Below the pieces are notes generated by a model. That model was not told where the DNA came from and did no database searches. It worked only from the letters and a program-made list of their open reading frames with translations. A DNA stretch of 25,547 nucleotides from an uncultured virus (IMG/VR IMGVR_UViG_3300022217_000140). Where the stretch lies: positions 1 through 25,547 of the IMG/VR virus record IMGVR_UViG_3300022217_000140; one strand, written 5' to 3'. Positions 7,947 through 17,812 of this stretch are shown here, piece after piece. The position numbers and the translations under genes are program-made. Each line of letters begins with the position of its first letter. The stretch's first letter is position 1.

Positions 7947-8756
7947 TTACCCCTCGACATGTCCTTGTGCTTTGATTTGAAAGTCGTCAAGAGCTGTAAG
8001 ATCATCCTGTACAAGAATCTCTATATGATCATTTGTACTCCCGACTAACTTTATATACGATTCAGCTTTAGAAAAGCTCCACCGAACTTTCATACCATAC
8101 TCGTTAGATGGAGAAGTGATATCAGGGTCCCAGTCAAAAGCATCCTCTATAAAATCAGCATTAACTTTCCAGTTAGTTAGAGTATGATGAACACCGTTAT
8201 TATCTCGTCTAACTACAACTCCGTTTGTTAATGCCGCAATATTACCGAACACTGCATAAGTCATAGCGGTAGGGGTATCATCCGTAATCGTGACTAACAG
8301 CCGTAAAATATGCCATGTCTCATTTGATGGAGGTTGTATTTTGTAACTTATTGGTGCCGCTAATGTTCCTAGTGTAGTTGCTAAATTAACAACGACTATT
8401 TCTACCACCGCCGGAGTAACTGTAGTATATGCGTTATCTATAGGTCTGTCTAAAGTGAGAACATTGCCCCCAGGTTTATCCGTAACTCGTAAAAAATTCG
8501 GTTCTTCTGTTGTGCCTTCGGTTATATTTATCCAGTCACCTACAGTAAAAGCAGCGTCGCTAACGACCGTAAGAGACGTGTCGCCTGCTGAGGCGTTCGC
8601 ATTAAGGTTAGATGTTGTTCCGGTAAAATTAGCTAGATAACGATTTACCAAATTATCGTGAACATCGGTAATATGTACATTAAGTGCGTTGTTTAAAACA
8701 TTCACTACATTACCGGAAGTATCTCTTATTACACCAAACTTACTCACGCTATCCAC
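7947..8756 (-). CDS. Beta-rich virion structural protein (269 aa)
   Basis: Thr/Val/Asp-rich. Contains the L.A.ASAGDTSLTV....F.VGD.I.I module seen in phage structural proteins. Lies in the tail region. Confidence 0.6.
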   Translation of the reverse strand: MDSVSKFGVIRDTSGNVVNVLNNALNVHITDVHDNLVNRYLANFTGTTSNLNANASAGDTSLTVVSDAAFTVGDWINITEGTTEEPNFLRVTDKPGGNVLTLDRPIDNAYTTVTPAVVEIVVVNLATTLGTLAAPISYKIQPPSNETWHILRLLVTITDDTPTAMTYAVFGNIAALTNGVVVRRDNNGVHHTLTNWKVNADFIEDAFDWDPDITSPSNEYGMKVRWSFSKAESYIKLVGSTNDHIEILVQDDLTALDDFQIKAQGHVEG

Positions 8757-10234
8757 TCATTATCGGTAGAGTTAAACTTAATTATAGCTGTTTCTCCGTC
8801 ATATAGAACTATGGATGCCCCGCCTTCAATTGTATCAGATGCATCTGCTGCTAATGTTAGCGCATTTCCGGAAGTCCCCGTATTACTAACAGTATATCTT
8901 TCACCCCCCGCACCATCCGGAAGAGTCAAAGTAAAGCCGCCTCCATCAGTATCCCCCCAAATCACATCATCCGTAGCGGCTATTGTAGCTACCCCGGTAT
9001 ATCTTATTTCATTTAATACCCTACCAAAAAGGGTCTTTACAACTCCAGTATCAGTAATCCGCATCCTATCAGTATTAGTGGTTTTGAAAGTCATGTCCAA
9101 TCCGGCATCAATGGTGCCTATTCTAAACCTAGGATCGCTAGCATCTCCACTCCCATCCAAAATGAAGTTAGCATCAAAAGTTCCCGCGGTAAAACGTAAC
9201 TGAGCTTTTGCACTGGCTCCCGTATTCGGATTATTTATTTTCATAGTTGTTGTCGAGTTTTGGTCTCGGTAAAAATCCAATAAAGCGGATGGCGTAGAAG
9301 TACCAAAGCCAATTCTGTCATTACTGGCATCTATAAAGAACAGCGCAGACTCACCAGTTCCCTCCCACCTGAAATCAATATTAGCGCCCTGTTCGTTTCC
9401 TACAAATTCACTTCCTGCTAAACCATCACCTGAATCGATAAAGATATTGTCTGAATCGTCAGTAAGTAACAACAAAGAACCTGATTGCGAAGCACTACCT
9501 TTAATTTTCAAGCCCTCTTCTGTATTTGAGTTTGTTACTATTTCAAGCATCGCTTCAGGACTGGATTCGTTTATCCCAATTAGACCAGAAGCCCCTTTTA
9601 CAATGAACATATCGGTCTCAATAATAAAATTATTAGTCGCGCCGGAATTTAGAGTTAATTCTATAGGGCCATTAGCATCCACTGTTAAAGTTTGGGGAGC
9701 TGCACCTATTGTAATTACACCACTATTATGCAAGATGTTATTGAGGTAAATACTGTTTACAGAAAAAATACTGTTATTAGTATGCGATATATCTCCAGTA
9801 AACGCCCTTGAACCGTCAACAAGAATGTACTGCTCATGATCGTCATCATCTAAACCGGATATTGAACCATGGTCTATTGAATCATCTCCACCGAAATGCC
9901 TCATCATTGCCATTTCTGCGTTTATATTATCAAATAAATCCTTTTCTTCATCTGAAAGCAATTCTGGATAATTCATTATTGATAATTGAGCATCAAGAGC
10001 GTTTATCCTATCAATAAGACTTATATTGTCAATCTCATCATTAACATTAGATCCAATAGATAAATCATCAAATGTGACAGCTTGACTACCAGGGGGATCG
10101 TCTGTATCATCTTGGGACATTACTGCCCCTGTTAAGATTTCAATATTATCCTTTAAACTGTGTAAGAATTCCCTGTGATGGTTATTTAATCCGAGAGGGA
10201 CATCACCAATACGTTTTGGTCTAAGTGTGCTCAT
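8744..10234 (-). CDS. Tail fibre/spike-like protein (496 aa)
   Basis: DHGSISGLDDDDHEQY motif, repeated IG(I/F)xxxxPxAxL units, RMRIT unit, and a C-terminal GDT.GGGFTLTLP...TI.G domain typical of tail fibres. Confidence 0.7.
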   Translation of the reverse strand: MSTLRPKRIGDVPLGLNNHHREFLHSLKDNIEILTGAVMSQDDTDDPPGSQAVTFDDLSIGSNVNDEIDNISLIDRINALDAQLSIMNYPELLSDEEKDLFDNINAEMAMMRHFGGDDSIDHGSISGLDDDDHEQYILVDGSRAFTGDISHTNNSIFSVNSIYLNNILHNSGVITIGAAPQTLTVDANGPIELTLNSGATNNFIIETDMFIVKGASGLIGINESSPEAMLEIVTNSNTEEGLKIKGSASQSGSLLLLTDDSDNIFIDSGDGLAGSEFVGNEQGANIDFRWEGTGESALFFIDASNDRIGFGTSTPSALLDFYRDQNSTTTMKINNPNTGASAKAQLRFTAGTFDANFILDGSGDASDPRFRIGTIDAGLDMTFKTTNTDRMRITDTGVVKTLFGRVLNEIRYTGVATIAATDDVIWGDTDGGGFTLTLPDGAGGERYTVSNTGTSGNALTLAADASDTIEGGASIVLYDGETAIIKFNSTDNEWIA

Positions 10235-11994
10235 TATGAAACCAACTCATCCATAGATGTAGCTATAATTACCATTGTAATTGGCAGGTCTCCTGTCAAT
10301 TCATAATAACATCTTTTATATAATACATCAGCTGGCAGTCTAAATGTATCAGTACCAGTTATTGTTTTCGTAAACAAAAGTTCTCTGTCTCCATAGAATT
10401 TAAACACAACACTGTAAGTTTTTACAAGCGCATCATAATTAGGTACTGCTCCCCCGGCGTTTACAACGAATTCATTTACAGCACCACCCATAGAACTACC
10501 AGAAAAGATAGCAGCATTGGCGGCTATATTGGCAACATTATTAATAGCATCTGGAGCTATAACAATCTTACATGAGGACAGGTTGATCTCGTGTGCGAAT
10601 ATATAATCCTTTGATCTATATGTATACTGTAAGAATGTACCGTCTTTGTTCCCTTGAAATTTCCATAACGCATTTGGAGTGCTATCGTCACCAAAAGCGA
10701 TAAAGTAAAGTTCATTATCAACAAGTGAATAATGAATAGCCGAGGACAACAAAGGATCGGTAATCCCTGATAACGTCTTTTCACGCACATCTAATATAAA
10801 TCCTCCACCTCCATGATAGGCGAAATACTTATTATTAAAATACTGCGCTCGGACAGAACTTGGCGAATAATTACTTTCATATTGATCCCTGTTTATATAT
10901 TCATATGAATACAAGGAAACCCCATCATAGGTAACCAACGCAATACCTTCATCTGCCGGAAAAAAAACGCCTTTCTCGCAAGACACTATCCCCCGACTTG
11001 ACACACATGGATAACGAGCGGGAAATTTTTGTTGTGATATGGCCTCTGGCTGTCCCTCCATAAGATAGACTTTTTCGTCTGTAAGGACTACGATAGTTGA
11101 TCCAATCAGTCCCAACCCGCGAATATCGGCATCGATGGCGTATGAGTAAGGCCATGCATGAGGCAAAAAGGGTTCTGAAAAATAAACACGTCTACCAGCG
11201 TAACCGGCAAGAGAGCCATTTTTTAGGGCAATTATGCTCTTCAATGTATCAGGAGGTACGGAGAATGTGCTTGTTGACAGCACTTCCCCAAGATCATCTT
11301 CGCCCACATTATCGGTAAATGTCTTGGTTGTGAAATCTACTCCATCCGTATCAAATTCACCGACATATCGAAAATCAGCTGCACCCGATGAAGATGAACT
11401 TGTACGATAAATTCTTATTTTCCCGATTGATCTTTGTGTTGGAGGTTCTTCAAAACTAGACAAAACAACGTTTCCCGAACCATAATCACTAATGTTTACT
11501 ATCGCAGAATTGATACCTTCCTCTGCATCAATGGTGCCGAGTTTTACAACATACGTATATAAATAAGCTCTATAACTGGCCCCAGTGGCATAACCAGAGT
11601 TAATTGTAGGTGCCGAAGTAGGAGCAGGAACACCAAGTTTATAATAATCACTCGTAAAATCAAACGGATAACTTATTATTGATGTTGTCAATACTCTTGG
11701 CTCTGTCATGCCGGTTACATAAACACGGGAATGTTGTTCGGCTGGAATGGGACTTCTGGCAAAATGTAATTCTTCTGTACTGGAAATCCAGTAATCACTT
11801 ACAGATGTCTTCCAGTTATAGAGACTCCTTAACTCCCCTGCTCCAAGGTTTTGTATTTTGGTGTGCGATCGGAAAGGTCGTAAATCTCCCCTGCTCAGAT
11901 CACAATTTTTTGCTAATTGTGCCTCGTAATCTTTTATCATGTGTTCGGCAAGTCGTGGCCGTTCACCAGAAAAAAAACTTTGCCCGATCTTCAT
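10234..11994 (-). CDS. Tail nozzle / DNA stabilisation protein (586 aa; P22 gp10/933W tail-spike-like)
   Basis: F.GE.PR...A.N..L..G.LRP N-terminus, LGVPAP, IRIYRT, VYFSEPFLPHAWP and Y.YRSK motifs. Follows the adaptor genes. Confidence 0.75.
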   Translation of the reverse strand: MKIGQSFFSGERPRLAEHMIKDYEAQLAKNCDLSRGDLRPFRSHTKIQNLGAGELRSLYNWKTSVSDYWISSTEELHFARSPIPAEQHSRVYVTGMTEPRVLTTSIISYPFDFTSDYYKLGVPAPTSAPTINSGYATGASYRAYLYTYVVKLGTIDAEEGINSAIVNISDYGSGNVVLSSFEEPPTQRSIGKIRIYRTSSSSSGAADFRYVGEFDTDGVDFTTKTFTDNVGEDDLGEVLSTSTFSVPPDTLKSIIALKNGSLAGYAGRRVYFSEPFLPHAWPYSYAIDADIRGLGLIGSTIVVLTDEKVYLMEGQPEAISQQKFPARYPCVSSRGIVSCEKGVFFPADEGIALVTYDGVSLYSYEYINRDQYESNYSPSSVRAQYFNNKYFAYHGGGGFILDVREKTLSGITDPLLSSAIHYSLVDNELYFIAFGDDSTPNALWKFQGNKDGTFLQYTYRSKDYIFAHEINLSSCKIVIAPDAINNVANIAANAAIFSGSSMGGAVNEFVVNAGGAVPNYDALVKTYSVVFKFYGDRELLFTKTITGTDTFRLPADVLYKRCYYELTGDLPITMVIIATSMDELVS

Positions 11995-11995
11995 A

Positions 11996-12649
11996 TTAAA
12001 AAAACCTTTGCGTTTTTACTGTTCTATTGCCACGATTGTGCCCCAAGGCTGCCTTTGCCTCAGCGATTCCGTCTCTGTAAAGACTTAGATTATATTCTGC
12101 CAATCCAGCATTGCTCCAATCCTTACCGGGCATCGACATCAACTCCCACTTTGCCTTGGCTTCTATAGCTTTATGGTAACGGTCATAAATCCAATCATCT
12201 ATTGTGGTAATCGTGGTAAGTGGTGCATAAACTTGTTTTATATAAAATCTTTGATCTTTTACATCAATACCGTAAAATTTTACATGTGTTCTATCAGGAT
12301 AGTTAAATAATTTCGCACGGGGAACTTCAATTTCGCTCAAATCGTCGAGATCGTTCAGTAATTCTATGTATTCGGTTTCCCATATCGCTCCGTCAATCCT
12401 GAATTCTGTCATCACAACCGGTCTTAAAGTAGCACTGACATAAGTTGTTAACAAAACATTCACTGAGTCATTATCAGCGGCGGTGATATCGCCAGAAACC
12501 ACGTCATGCTCGAAACCCTGCTCAATAATGTGGGTTTCTTCACAAAACTTTATTATGGCATCGATTACGGCATTGTTTACCACCGGTCGAGGACATCCTA
12601 TAACATCTGGTTGCACCCTACTGGATAAAACAGTTATATTAGTTGCCAT
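11996..12649 (-). CDS. Head-tail adaptor-like protein (217 aa)
   Basis: P.V.GCP...A.I.FCE.T and LMSMPGKDWSN motifs of the 933W/BPP-1-type second adaptor. Confidence 0.7.
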   Translation of the reverse strand: MATNITVLSSRVQPDVIGCPRPVVNNAVIDAIIKFCEETHIIEQGFEHDVVSGDITAADNDSVNVLLTTYVSATLRPVVMTEFRIDGAIWETEYIELLNDLDDLSEIEVPRAKLFNYPDRTHVKFYGIDVKDQRFYIKQVYAPLTTITTIDDWIYDRYHKAIEAKAKWELMSMPGKDWSNAGLAEYNLSLYRDGIAEAKAALGHNRGNRTVKTQRFF

Positions 12650-13374
12650 TATTGAATAACCTTATCGGTTGATGGATTTCTTTTGGGCATATTAGGACTG
12701 ATAACCCTTCTAACAAGATCCATTCTGCCAAGAGCGCTAACAAATAAATTGAATTTTTGAATAGACCTATTTACGTTTAATGGTGATAACGCGGCATCTT
12801 TATCATAGCAACGAAATAATACATAGTCCCTAAGAGCGTCCCTATATACATTTCGTAACGTTATTGCTGTATTTACCGTTGCAACATCAATGGGAACAGC
12901 CGAATAAGCAACCTCTACATATCCGGTTCCATCATTAGGTGGGGTTACATAGAATCTGGTAGGATCATAATCGTCAAATAAATAATTATTTACCGTTGCA
13001 ACTTGTGACTCGGTATGCCAATCAGGATTATAATTATCAAGAAAATCAGCACCAACCGGGCTTATAACTGCCCCTGGTGTAAGACCGTCAGTCCCCATAT
13101 TTCGGATAACTCTAATTAGTGCGACGCCTTCATCCAATGTTGTTGGGGTGGGATTTTGAAAAGCATTAGTGCCATCAGGAATATTTTGTTTGGTGCCAGC
13201 TACAAGGGAATAGGCGTCATTCACGACAAAAGCATCAGGTTTGTATATCACAAGTTGGCGTTGGCCGTCGTTTAAGTATTCAAGCTTTTCTGTGTCCGGC
13301 CACCTGGTTTTAGCAGTATCCAGTAGGACGGTATCGACTTGGGCCAAAATGGCACTTGCAAGAACGGTACCCAT
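12649..13374 (-). CDS. Head-tail adaptor protein (DUF6682-like, 241 aa)
   Basis: L.D....RW...L.YLNDGQR....KPDA, LVAGTKQ.IP, FYVTPP and YVLFRCYDKD motifs. Confidence 0.8.
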   Translation of the reverse strand: MGTVLASAILAQVDTVLLDTAKTRWPDTEKLEYLNDGQRQLVIYKPDAFVVNDAYSLVAGTKQNIPDGTNAFQNPTPTTLDEGVALIRVIRNMGTDGLTPGAVISPVGADFLDNYNPDWHTESQVATVNNYLFDDYDPTRFYVTPPNDGTGYVEVAYSAVPIDVATVNTAITLRNVYRDALRDYVLFRCYDKDAALSPLNVNRSIQKFNLFVSALGRMDLVRRVISPNMPKRNPSTDKVIQ

Positions 13375-13403
13375 TATTTGCTATTTCTCCATAATTAAAG
13401 AGA

Positions 13404-13814
13404 TTAATTTCTCGGTTTGGGTCCTGGTTTCTTTCTCGGTTTGGGCTGTGTCTTGGATGGATCAGAAGACACTTCTATCTTGTCCTTCGACCGTTTGTTT
13501 TCTGACAAGAGTTTCTCATTCAGTGGATGAGTATAAACACCTTGTTTCAAATCTTCATTCTCAGCCTTCAACAATCCAACATAATCCAACAATCCTATGA
13601 GTGTTTCGTAAAGCTCTTCATCAACAAAAAAAGTCTTGCCTTGTAATTCGATTGGCATCTTGGATGTTACGGGAGTTGCGAGGTCGTTGATCTTCTCCTT
13701 AATGACAGGATCATAAGATTTCATGTCTTTTCTTTTTGCCAAAACTTTCGACCATGAATATATCTGGTTAGAATCATCTTGTATGAGATATTTCCTTTTT
13801 GGATCTAGTGGCAT
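13404..13814 (-). CDS. Hypothetical virion-module protein (136 aa)
   Basis: AAGGAG SD. N-terminal YL......IY.W...LAKRKDM motif and basic tail. Confidence 0.65.
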   Translation of the reverse strand: MPLDPKRKYLIQDDSNQIYSWSKVLAKRKDMKSYDPVIKEKINDLATPVTSKMPIELQGKTFFVDEELYETLIGLLDYVGLLKAENEDLKQGVYTHPLNEKLLSENKRSKDKIEVSSDPSKTQPKPRKKPGPKPRN

Positions 13815-13838
13815 AATTCGTTCTCCTTTAAATGATAT

Positions 13839-13864
13839 TCCCCCCTGCCTTTCGGCAGGGGGGA
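13839..13864 (-). terminator. Strong GC hairpin after the capsid/decoration genes (no U-tract)
   Basis: tcccccctgcc-tttc-ggcagggggga: perfect 11-bp stem with a GAAA tetraloop on the minus strand. Confidence 0.6.
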
Positions 13865-13875
13865 TATGTTAAAGA

Positions 13876-14337
13876 TTAAGAAGTCTCGTATCCCGGAAGC
13901 CACAAAATCCATGATCCAATGATTTCATCGGCAACAAAAGTGAAATCCAAGGTGTCAGTTGCGGTAAAAGATACACCAGTCACATTATCCGGCCCCCAAT
14001 CATCACTTACAAGATTGACTTGCATGGTGCCAACAGCAGCATCAAGGGCGACACCATCAAACAACTCGTCACCTCCAGCAATTCCGATATCCAGGGTGTT
14101 GGCCGCCGTTCCCGAAATAACGGTTTCAAGGCAGGCACCGGTAGATAACAACACGACATCGGCCGGGATATCAAACAACTGAATAACATCGGCCGCCGTG
14201 ATCTTTCCATTGGCGGTCAATGTGGCGTTACCGGCAATGATGTCGGCGGTGACGATAGGGATTCCGACTACAAACAGTTTCCTGCGCTCTATATCCGGTA
14301 TCCTGTTCGCACCTTTTGTAAGATTATAAGTAGGCAT
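13876..14337 (-). CDS. Capsid cement/decoration protein (153 aa)
   Basis: Directly after the MCP with AAGGAG SD. Jelly-roll-like pattern AADVIQLFDIPA...TLDIG...TDTLD. Confidence 0.65.
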   Translation of the reverse strand: MPTYNLTKGANRIPDIERRKLFVVGIPIVTADIIAGNATLTANGKITAADVIQLFDIPADVVLLSTGACLETVISGTAANTLDIGIAGGDELFDGVALDAAVGTMQVNLVSDDWGPDNVTGVSFTATDTLDFTFVADEIIGSWILWLPGYETS

Positions 14338-14394
14338 AATTCAAATTACTCCTTTCATGTTTTAAATAATTAATAGTATAAAAACGCTATCTAA

Positions 14395-15318
14395 TTATCC
14401 TTTTACAGCGTAGAAATGCCCCATGGCTTCGGTTTTTATGGTTTCATAACCGAAAACCTGGAGACCTCTTAAAAGATCCCCAAAATCATTTGGATTTTTG
14501 AGCATCTCATTCTTGACCAATTGTGATGCAAATGTAAGTGCAGTAGGATGACCAAAAATAGAGTTGTAAGCTGTAGAAACACCATCGGAAGTTGTGGCGA
14601 TCTGATTAGATGCATAAATAGTAAATCTGTCAATTGTTCCGATGCGACCATTACGCATAATAGATGTACCATCACCAGTCAAGGAAGCATCCTTTAAATC
14701 GGATTTCTTGATCATTCCACAGAAAAGATGGGGGAAGACAATCCACCGTTGGGTGAATGGTACATCCTGCTCATCAAGAACAGTACCCATATCCACGATA
14801 TAATCGAGGATATTTGCTTTATCGACAGAAACAAAAGCTCCGGTTGTTCCCAGGGTAAAACTACTCGTAATAGCCCCGGCTGTGTTCCCCTTGTTACTTG
14901 CATGGGCATCCGCATATACATCAGCCAGAATGTCAGAGTCAACAGCAATCTTCATCTGTTCGCCCGCATCGTCAGTCCATTTCTCCATGTAATTGAGATC
15001 ACTCTGAACAACCTCAACATCATTGATGGACATACAATAATACTTGCCTTTATCGATGAGAAGATCTACCACTCCAGGGACTGGACGCTCTTGTTGCAAA
15101 GACTGTCCGATAGTGTAATCCCGAATGGTAATATCGGGAATCGTCCGAATATGGACAGTATCTCCTTTCTGTTTGATTTCACCTTCATAATCAGTGTTAC
15201 TGATAGCCGCAAACACAGTCGCGGTGTAAAACTTTACAAGTGTTTTCCCAGACCAAATCTCCGGGGTATATGTGGCATTATGGGTTGTTAGTAAACTAGC
15301 TACTGGATATCCTGCCAT
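14395..15318 (-). CDS. Major capsid protein (307 aa, HK97 fold, P22/T7-coat-like)
   Basis: PEIWSGK, NTDYEGEIKQKGDTVHI, LLIDK.KY, LDEQDVP...RW, NGRIG.I..F.IY.SN and RGLQVFG motifs. AAGGGAG SD. Confidence 0.92.
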   Translation of the reverse strand: MAGYPVASLLTTHNATYTPEIWSGKTLVKFYTATVFAAISNTDYEGEIKQKGDTVHIRTIPDITIRDYTIGQSLQQERPVPGVVDLLIDKGKYYCMSINDVEVVQSDLNYMEKWTDDAGEQMKIAVDSDILADVYADAHASNKGNTAGAITSSFTLGTTGAFVSVDKANILDYIVDMGTVLDEQDVPFTQRWIVFPHLFCGMIKKSDLKDASLTGDGTSIMRNGRIGTIDRFTIYASNQIATTSDGVSTAYNSIFGHPTALTFASQLVKNEMLKNPNDFGDLLRGLQVFGYETIKTEAMGHFYAVKG

Positions 15319-15389
15319 TGTGAAACTCCCTTAAAATGTGAATCCAAAGCAGCAAGAGGATTAGTCATACCCACTATATACTGCCCCGG

Positions 15390-16424
15390 TTAGTTTATTA
15401 TTCTTCCTTCTTTGTTAGCCTTCATTATATCGGCATCAATGCGTTCTATGTCTTGAGATGTATATTTTTTGCTCGTGCCAATGGCAACATTTGCCGCATC
15501 TTTGTAAAAATCCTTCACTTCTTGCCGAGTATAAATTTTACCTTTTGGTTTGACTTCCGTTGTTTCTACATGCCCAACCGTACTTGTCGGTTCCAAATGC
15601 TCCTCTGGGTTGATATGAAGTTTTTGTGGCTCTTCTTTTGGGGTTTGCGATTTCTTAAATCCGTCAAAGATTTCGATCACTTTTTTATGATCAAGTTGTT
15701 CTTGTGCTGATTTAATCGCATCACGTCTAGTTATTGTCGTATATGGAATAAAATCATCCAGCCAATTATTAAATTCGACTGAACTGTTTATTTCTTCCCA
15801 ATCAACTACTTTGGCGCTTAACTCATTCCAAAAAGCAGCCACACGATTCTGCTTATTTAACTTCACTTCTCGCTTAATCTCTTCAAGGTCAACAGATTGA
15901 GTCTTATCGGGTGTATTTATTGACGATATTTTGGTTATCAGTCTTCCGATAATCTCCATTGATTTGTTGTCAAAACCCTCTTCATTCATGTGAGAACGTT
16001 CATCTTCTGTCAGAAATGACATTATGGATTCTGGCACATCCACTTTCTTTGGAGTTGGCACATTTTCTTTCTGCGCTAATTTATCCTGAAGATGTATAAG
16101 CTGGGAATCACCCTCATTTATACGTAAGGTTAAATTCCTTACTTGTGATTTCAATGGTGAAATTGCTTCTTTGAGTTGCTTGACTTCTTTGTTGTATTTC
16201 CCCTGGAGAACCTTATATTTATGTTCCCAGGTTGATTCCGTCTCCGTTTTAACGGGCGGGTCTTGGTTTTCAGGTTCTTTGACAGTGGGTTTAATCTCGA
16301 TTTTGTCTTTGGTCTCTTCCACTGTCTTTTCTTTGTCAGATTTTCCATGTTCATTAATTTCTTTGATTAAAGAATCTGACTTATCTGACATTTTTTGAAC
16401 CTGAGCCGGCAATTGAATTTTCAT
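15390..16424 (-). CDS. Capsid scaffolding protein (344 aa)
   Basis: WEHKYKVLQGKYNKEV coiled coil, W..IN....F..WL motif and C-terminal A.KEGRI. Start moved to MKIQLP (16424) because of the SD aaggaaggga. Confidence 0.85.
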   Translation of the reverse strand: MKIQLPAQVQKMSDKSDSLIKEINEHGKSDKEKTVEETKDKIEIKPTVKEPENQDPPVKTETESTWEHKYKVLQGKYNKEVKQLKEAISPLKSQVRNLTLRINEGDSQLIHLQDKLAQKENVPTPKKVDVPESIMSFLTEDERSHMNEEGFDNKSMEIIGRLITKISSINTPDKTQSVDLEEIKREVKLNKQNRVAAFWNELSAKVVDWEEINSSVEFNNWLDDFIPYTTITRRDAIKSAQEQLDHKKVIEIFDGFKKSQTPKEEPQKLHINPEEHLEPTSTVGHVETTEVKPKGKIYTRQEVKDFYKDAANVAIGTSKKYTSQDIERIDADIMKANKEGRIIN

Positions 16425-16508
16425 TTTGGTTCCCTTCCTTTGGAGCGAATTAATCGTATTCCTTTGAATTGATGCCATCAAGCATATTTGTCTTTGGTAA
16501 CATATTGA

Positions 16509-17516
16509 TTATACGGACGGGGTACCTGCTAATATTCCAGTCTCACCATCATTATTAACACCATAGTTCTCAAATAACGATGAATTGCCGGGTGTATTAA
16601 TCCAAGTAACCTGACCATCAGTAGCGATACGTAGTGAGTTGAAGGATATCCACCCTGTCATAGCAGCAAAACCCTCAATATTCACATCCACAGCATTAGC
16701 ATTTTCCAAGTGATTTTTCGTGATTAGCAAGTCAGTACATGCAGCAGTAATGTTTTCAATGTTGGCTGCTGAGAAATCGCCATTTGATCGGCAACCGATA
16801 ATCTCTACCCCATCAGCACCATTGAGCGTAATCCATGCTGTAGCACCCGCAGTATCAGAACCCCTGTTATTGCAACCGATTAGGGTCATATTGTCTGCAT
16901 TGGCATCACCGAGAATCCACCTTATAGTCTGCTTGGCGGCGGTATCATCCCGCATATCGCAATCTATCATGGTGAAGTAAGCAGCATCGACATCAATAGG
17001 CGCGGCCAAGGAATCAATGTCATTGATAAAAACACAATTTGCAATCGTAATATTGGCTGCATCAATCTCAATATCAGCCGTGGTAGCGGTGCTTAAAGTA
17101 AATGCCGGCCGGCTGGAACCTTCTCCCAATCCGATAACAGTGATACCCGCAACATCAAAATCAATTCCATCCGCTGCGATGATCGATTCTGCATGTCCTG
17201 GCATAACGATTATAAAATCACCATTATTGGCGACACACCGGCCAATGGCATAGTCCAACGTTGCAAGTGGTTTGGAACTACTCTTGCCCCTACCTATGGC
17301 ATTTATTCCCGGTGCACCAGAATCGACATAGTAAACCGTGCCTGTAGTATTGGCAGCGGCTTGTAACAACCCCTGAACAGACAAAGAGCTTTCAATGGTC
17401 AAATGACCAACGTTCAAGTTTTCGTATCGAGCCGCGGAGGATGTATTCGCGCAAAACAACAATGTGAATACGCACAACCCAGCAAGAAACGATTTAATAT
17501 AATTTCCTTTTCTCAT
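16509..17516 (-). CDS. Right-handed beta-helix (pectin-lyase-like) protein with N-terminal signal peptide (335 aa)
   Basis: VYYVDSG...G.S...PLATLDYAI......GD.I.V.PGH.E cap followed by Ile/Asn/Cys beta-helix rungs. N-terminus MRKGNYIKSFLAGLCVFTLLFCANTSSA. Confidence 0.75.
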   Translation of the reverse strand: MRKGNYIKSFLAGLCVFTLLFCANTSSAARYENLNVGHLTIESSLSVQGLLQAAANTTGTVYYVDSGAPGINAIGRGKSSSKPLATLDYAIGRCVANNGDFIIVMPGHAESIIAADGIDFDVAGITVIGLGEGSSRPAFTLSTATTADIEIDAANITIANCVFINDIDSLAAPIDVDAAYFTMIDCDMRDDTAAKQTIRWILGDANADNMTLIGCNNRGSDTAGATAWITLNGADGVEIIGCRSNGDFSAANIENITAACTDLLITKNHLENANAVDVNIEGFAAMTGWISFNSLRIATDGQVTWINTPGNSSLFENYGVNNDGETGILAGTPSV

Positions 17517-17524
17517 ATTTTCTT

Positions 17525-17803
17525 CTACCTCCTTACGTTTGGTTTTTGGATAACCGCATCTAAAGCAGTCAATTTTTCAGGAGATGCGGATACCATTGAT
17601 AGTATTTTTTCTAAAACTTGGCAAGATCCTTGTTTTCGCTTAAACGCATCGTCAACCTCTTCATGACGGTTCGATTTGTCCAAACGTAATAACTCGGATT
17701 CCAACCACTCAACCATGGGCCGTGTTTCCGGTAAATTGCGGAAGTGGTTCATGGAGCTATATAGCCTTCTTGCCACCTTGGCGTCTTGAGGTTCATTAAC
17801 CAT
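17525..17803 (-). CDS. Small portal-associated protein (Bbp19-like, 92 aa)
   Basis: EWLE.EL...QG..Q.L..IL pattern of the small gene usually found between portal and scaffold. AAGGA SD. Confidence 0.6.
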   Translation of the reverse strand: MVNEPQDAKVARRLYSSMNHFRNLPETRPMVEWLESELLRLDKSNRHEEVDDAFKRKQGSCQVLEKILSMVSASPEKLTALDAVIQKPNVRR

Positions 17804-17812
17804 CAGCTATCC

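Noticed and set aside
7947-10234. Diversity-generating retroelement target in the fibre genes
   Set aside because: No template/variable repeat pair or reverse transcriptase seen in this window.
14338-14394. Capsid read-through or frameshift fusion to the decoration gene
   Set aside because: Stops in the spacer, an independent AAGGAG SD for the downstream gene, and no clear slippery site.
14007-16354. Other same-strand alternative-frame ORFs (14007-14210, 14469-14675, 14712-14948, 16151-16354; also 10557-10790, 10949-11155, 5796-6065)
   Set aside because: They lie mostly within conserved coding domains, I saw no convincing SD, and the peptides look non-globular, unlike the two linker-nested ORFs.
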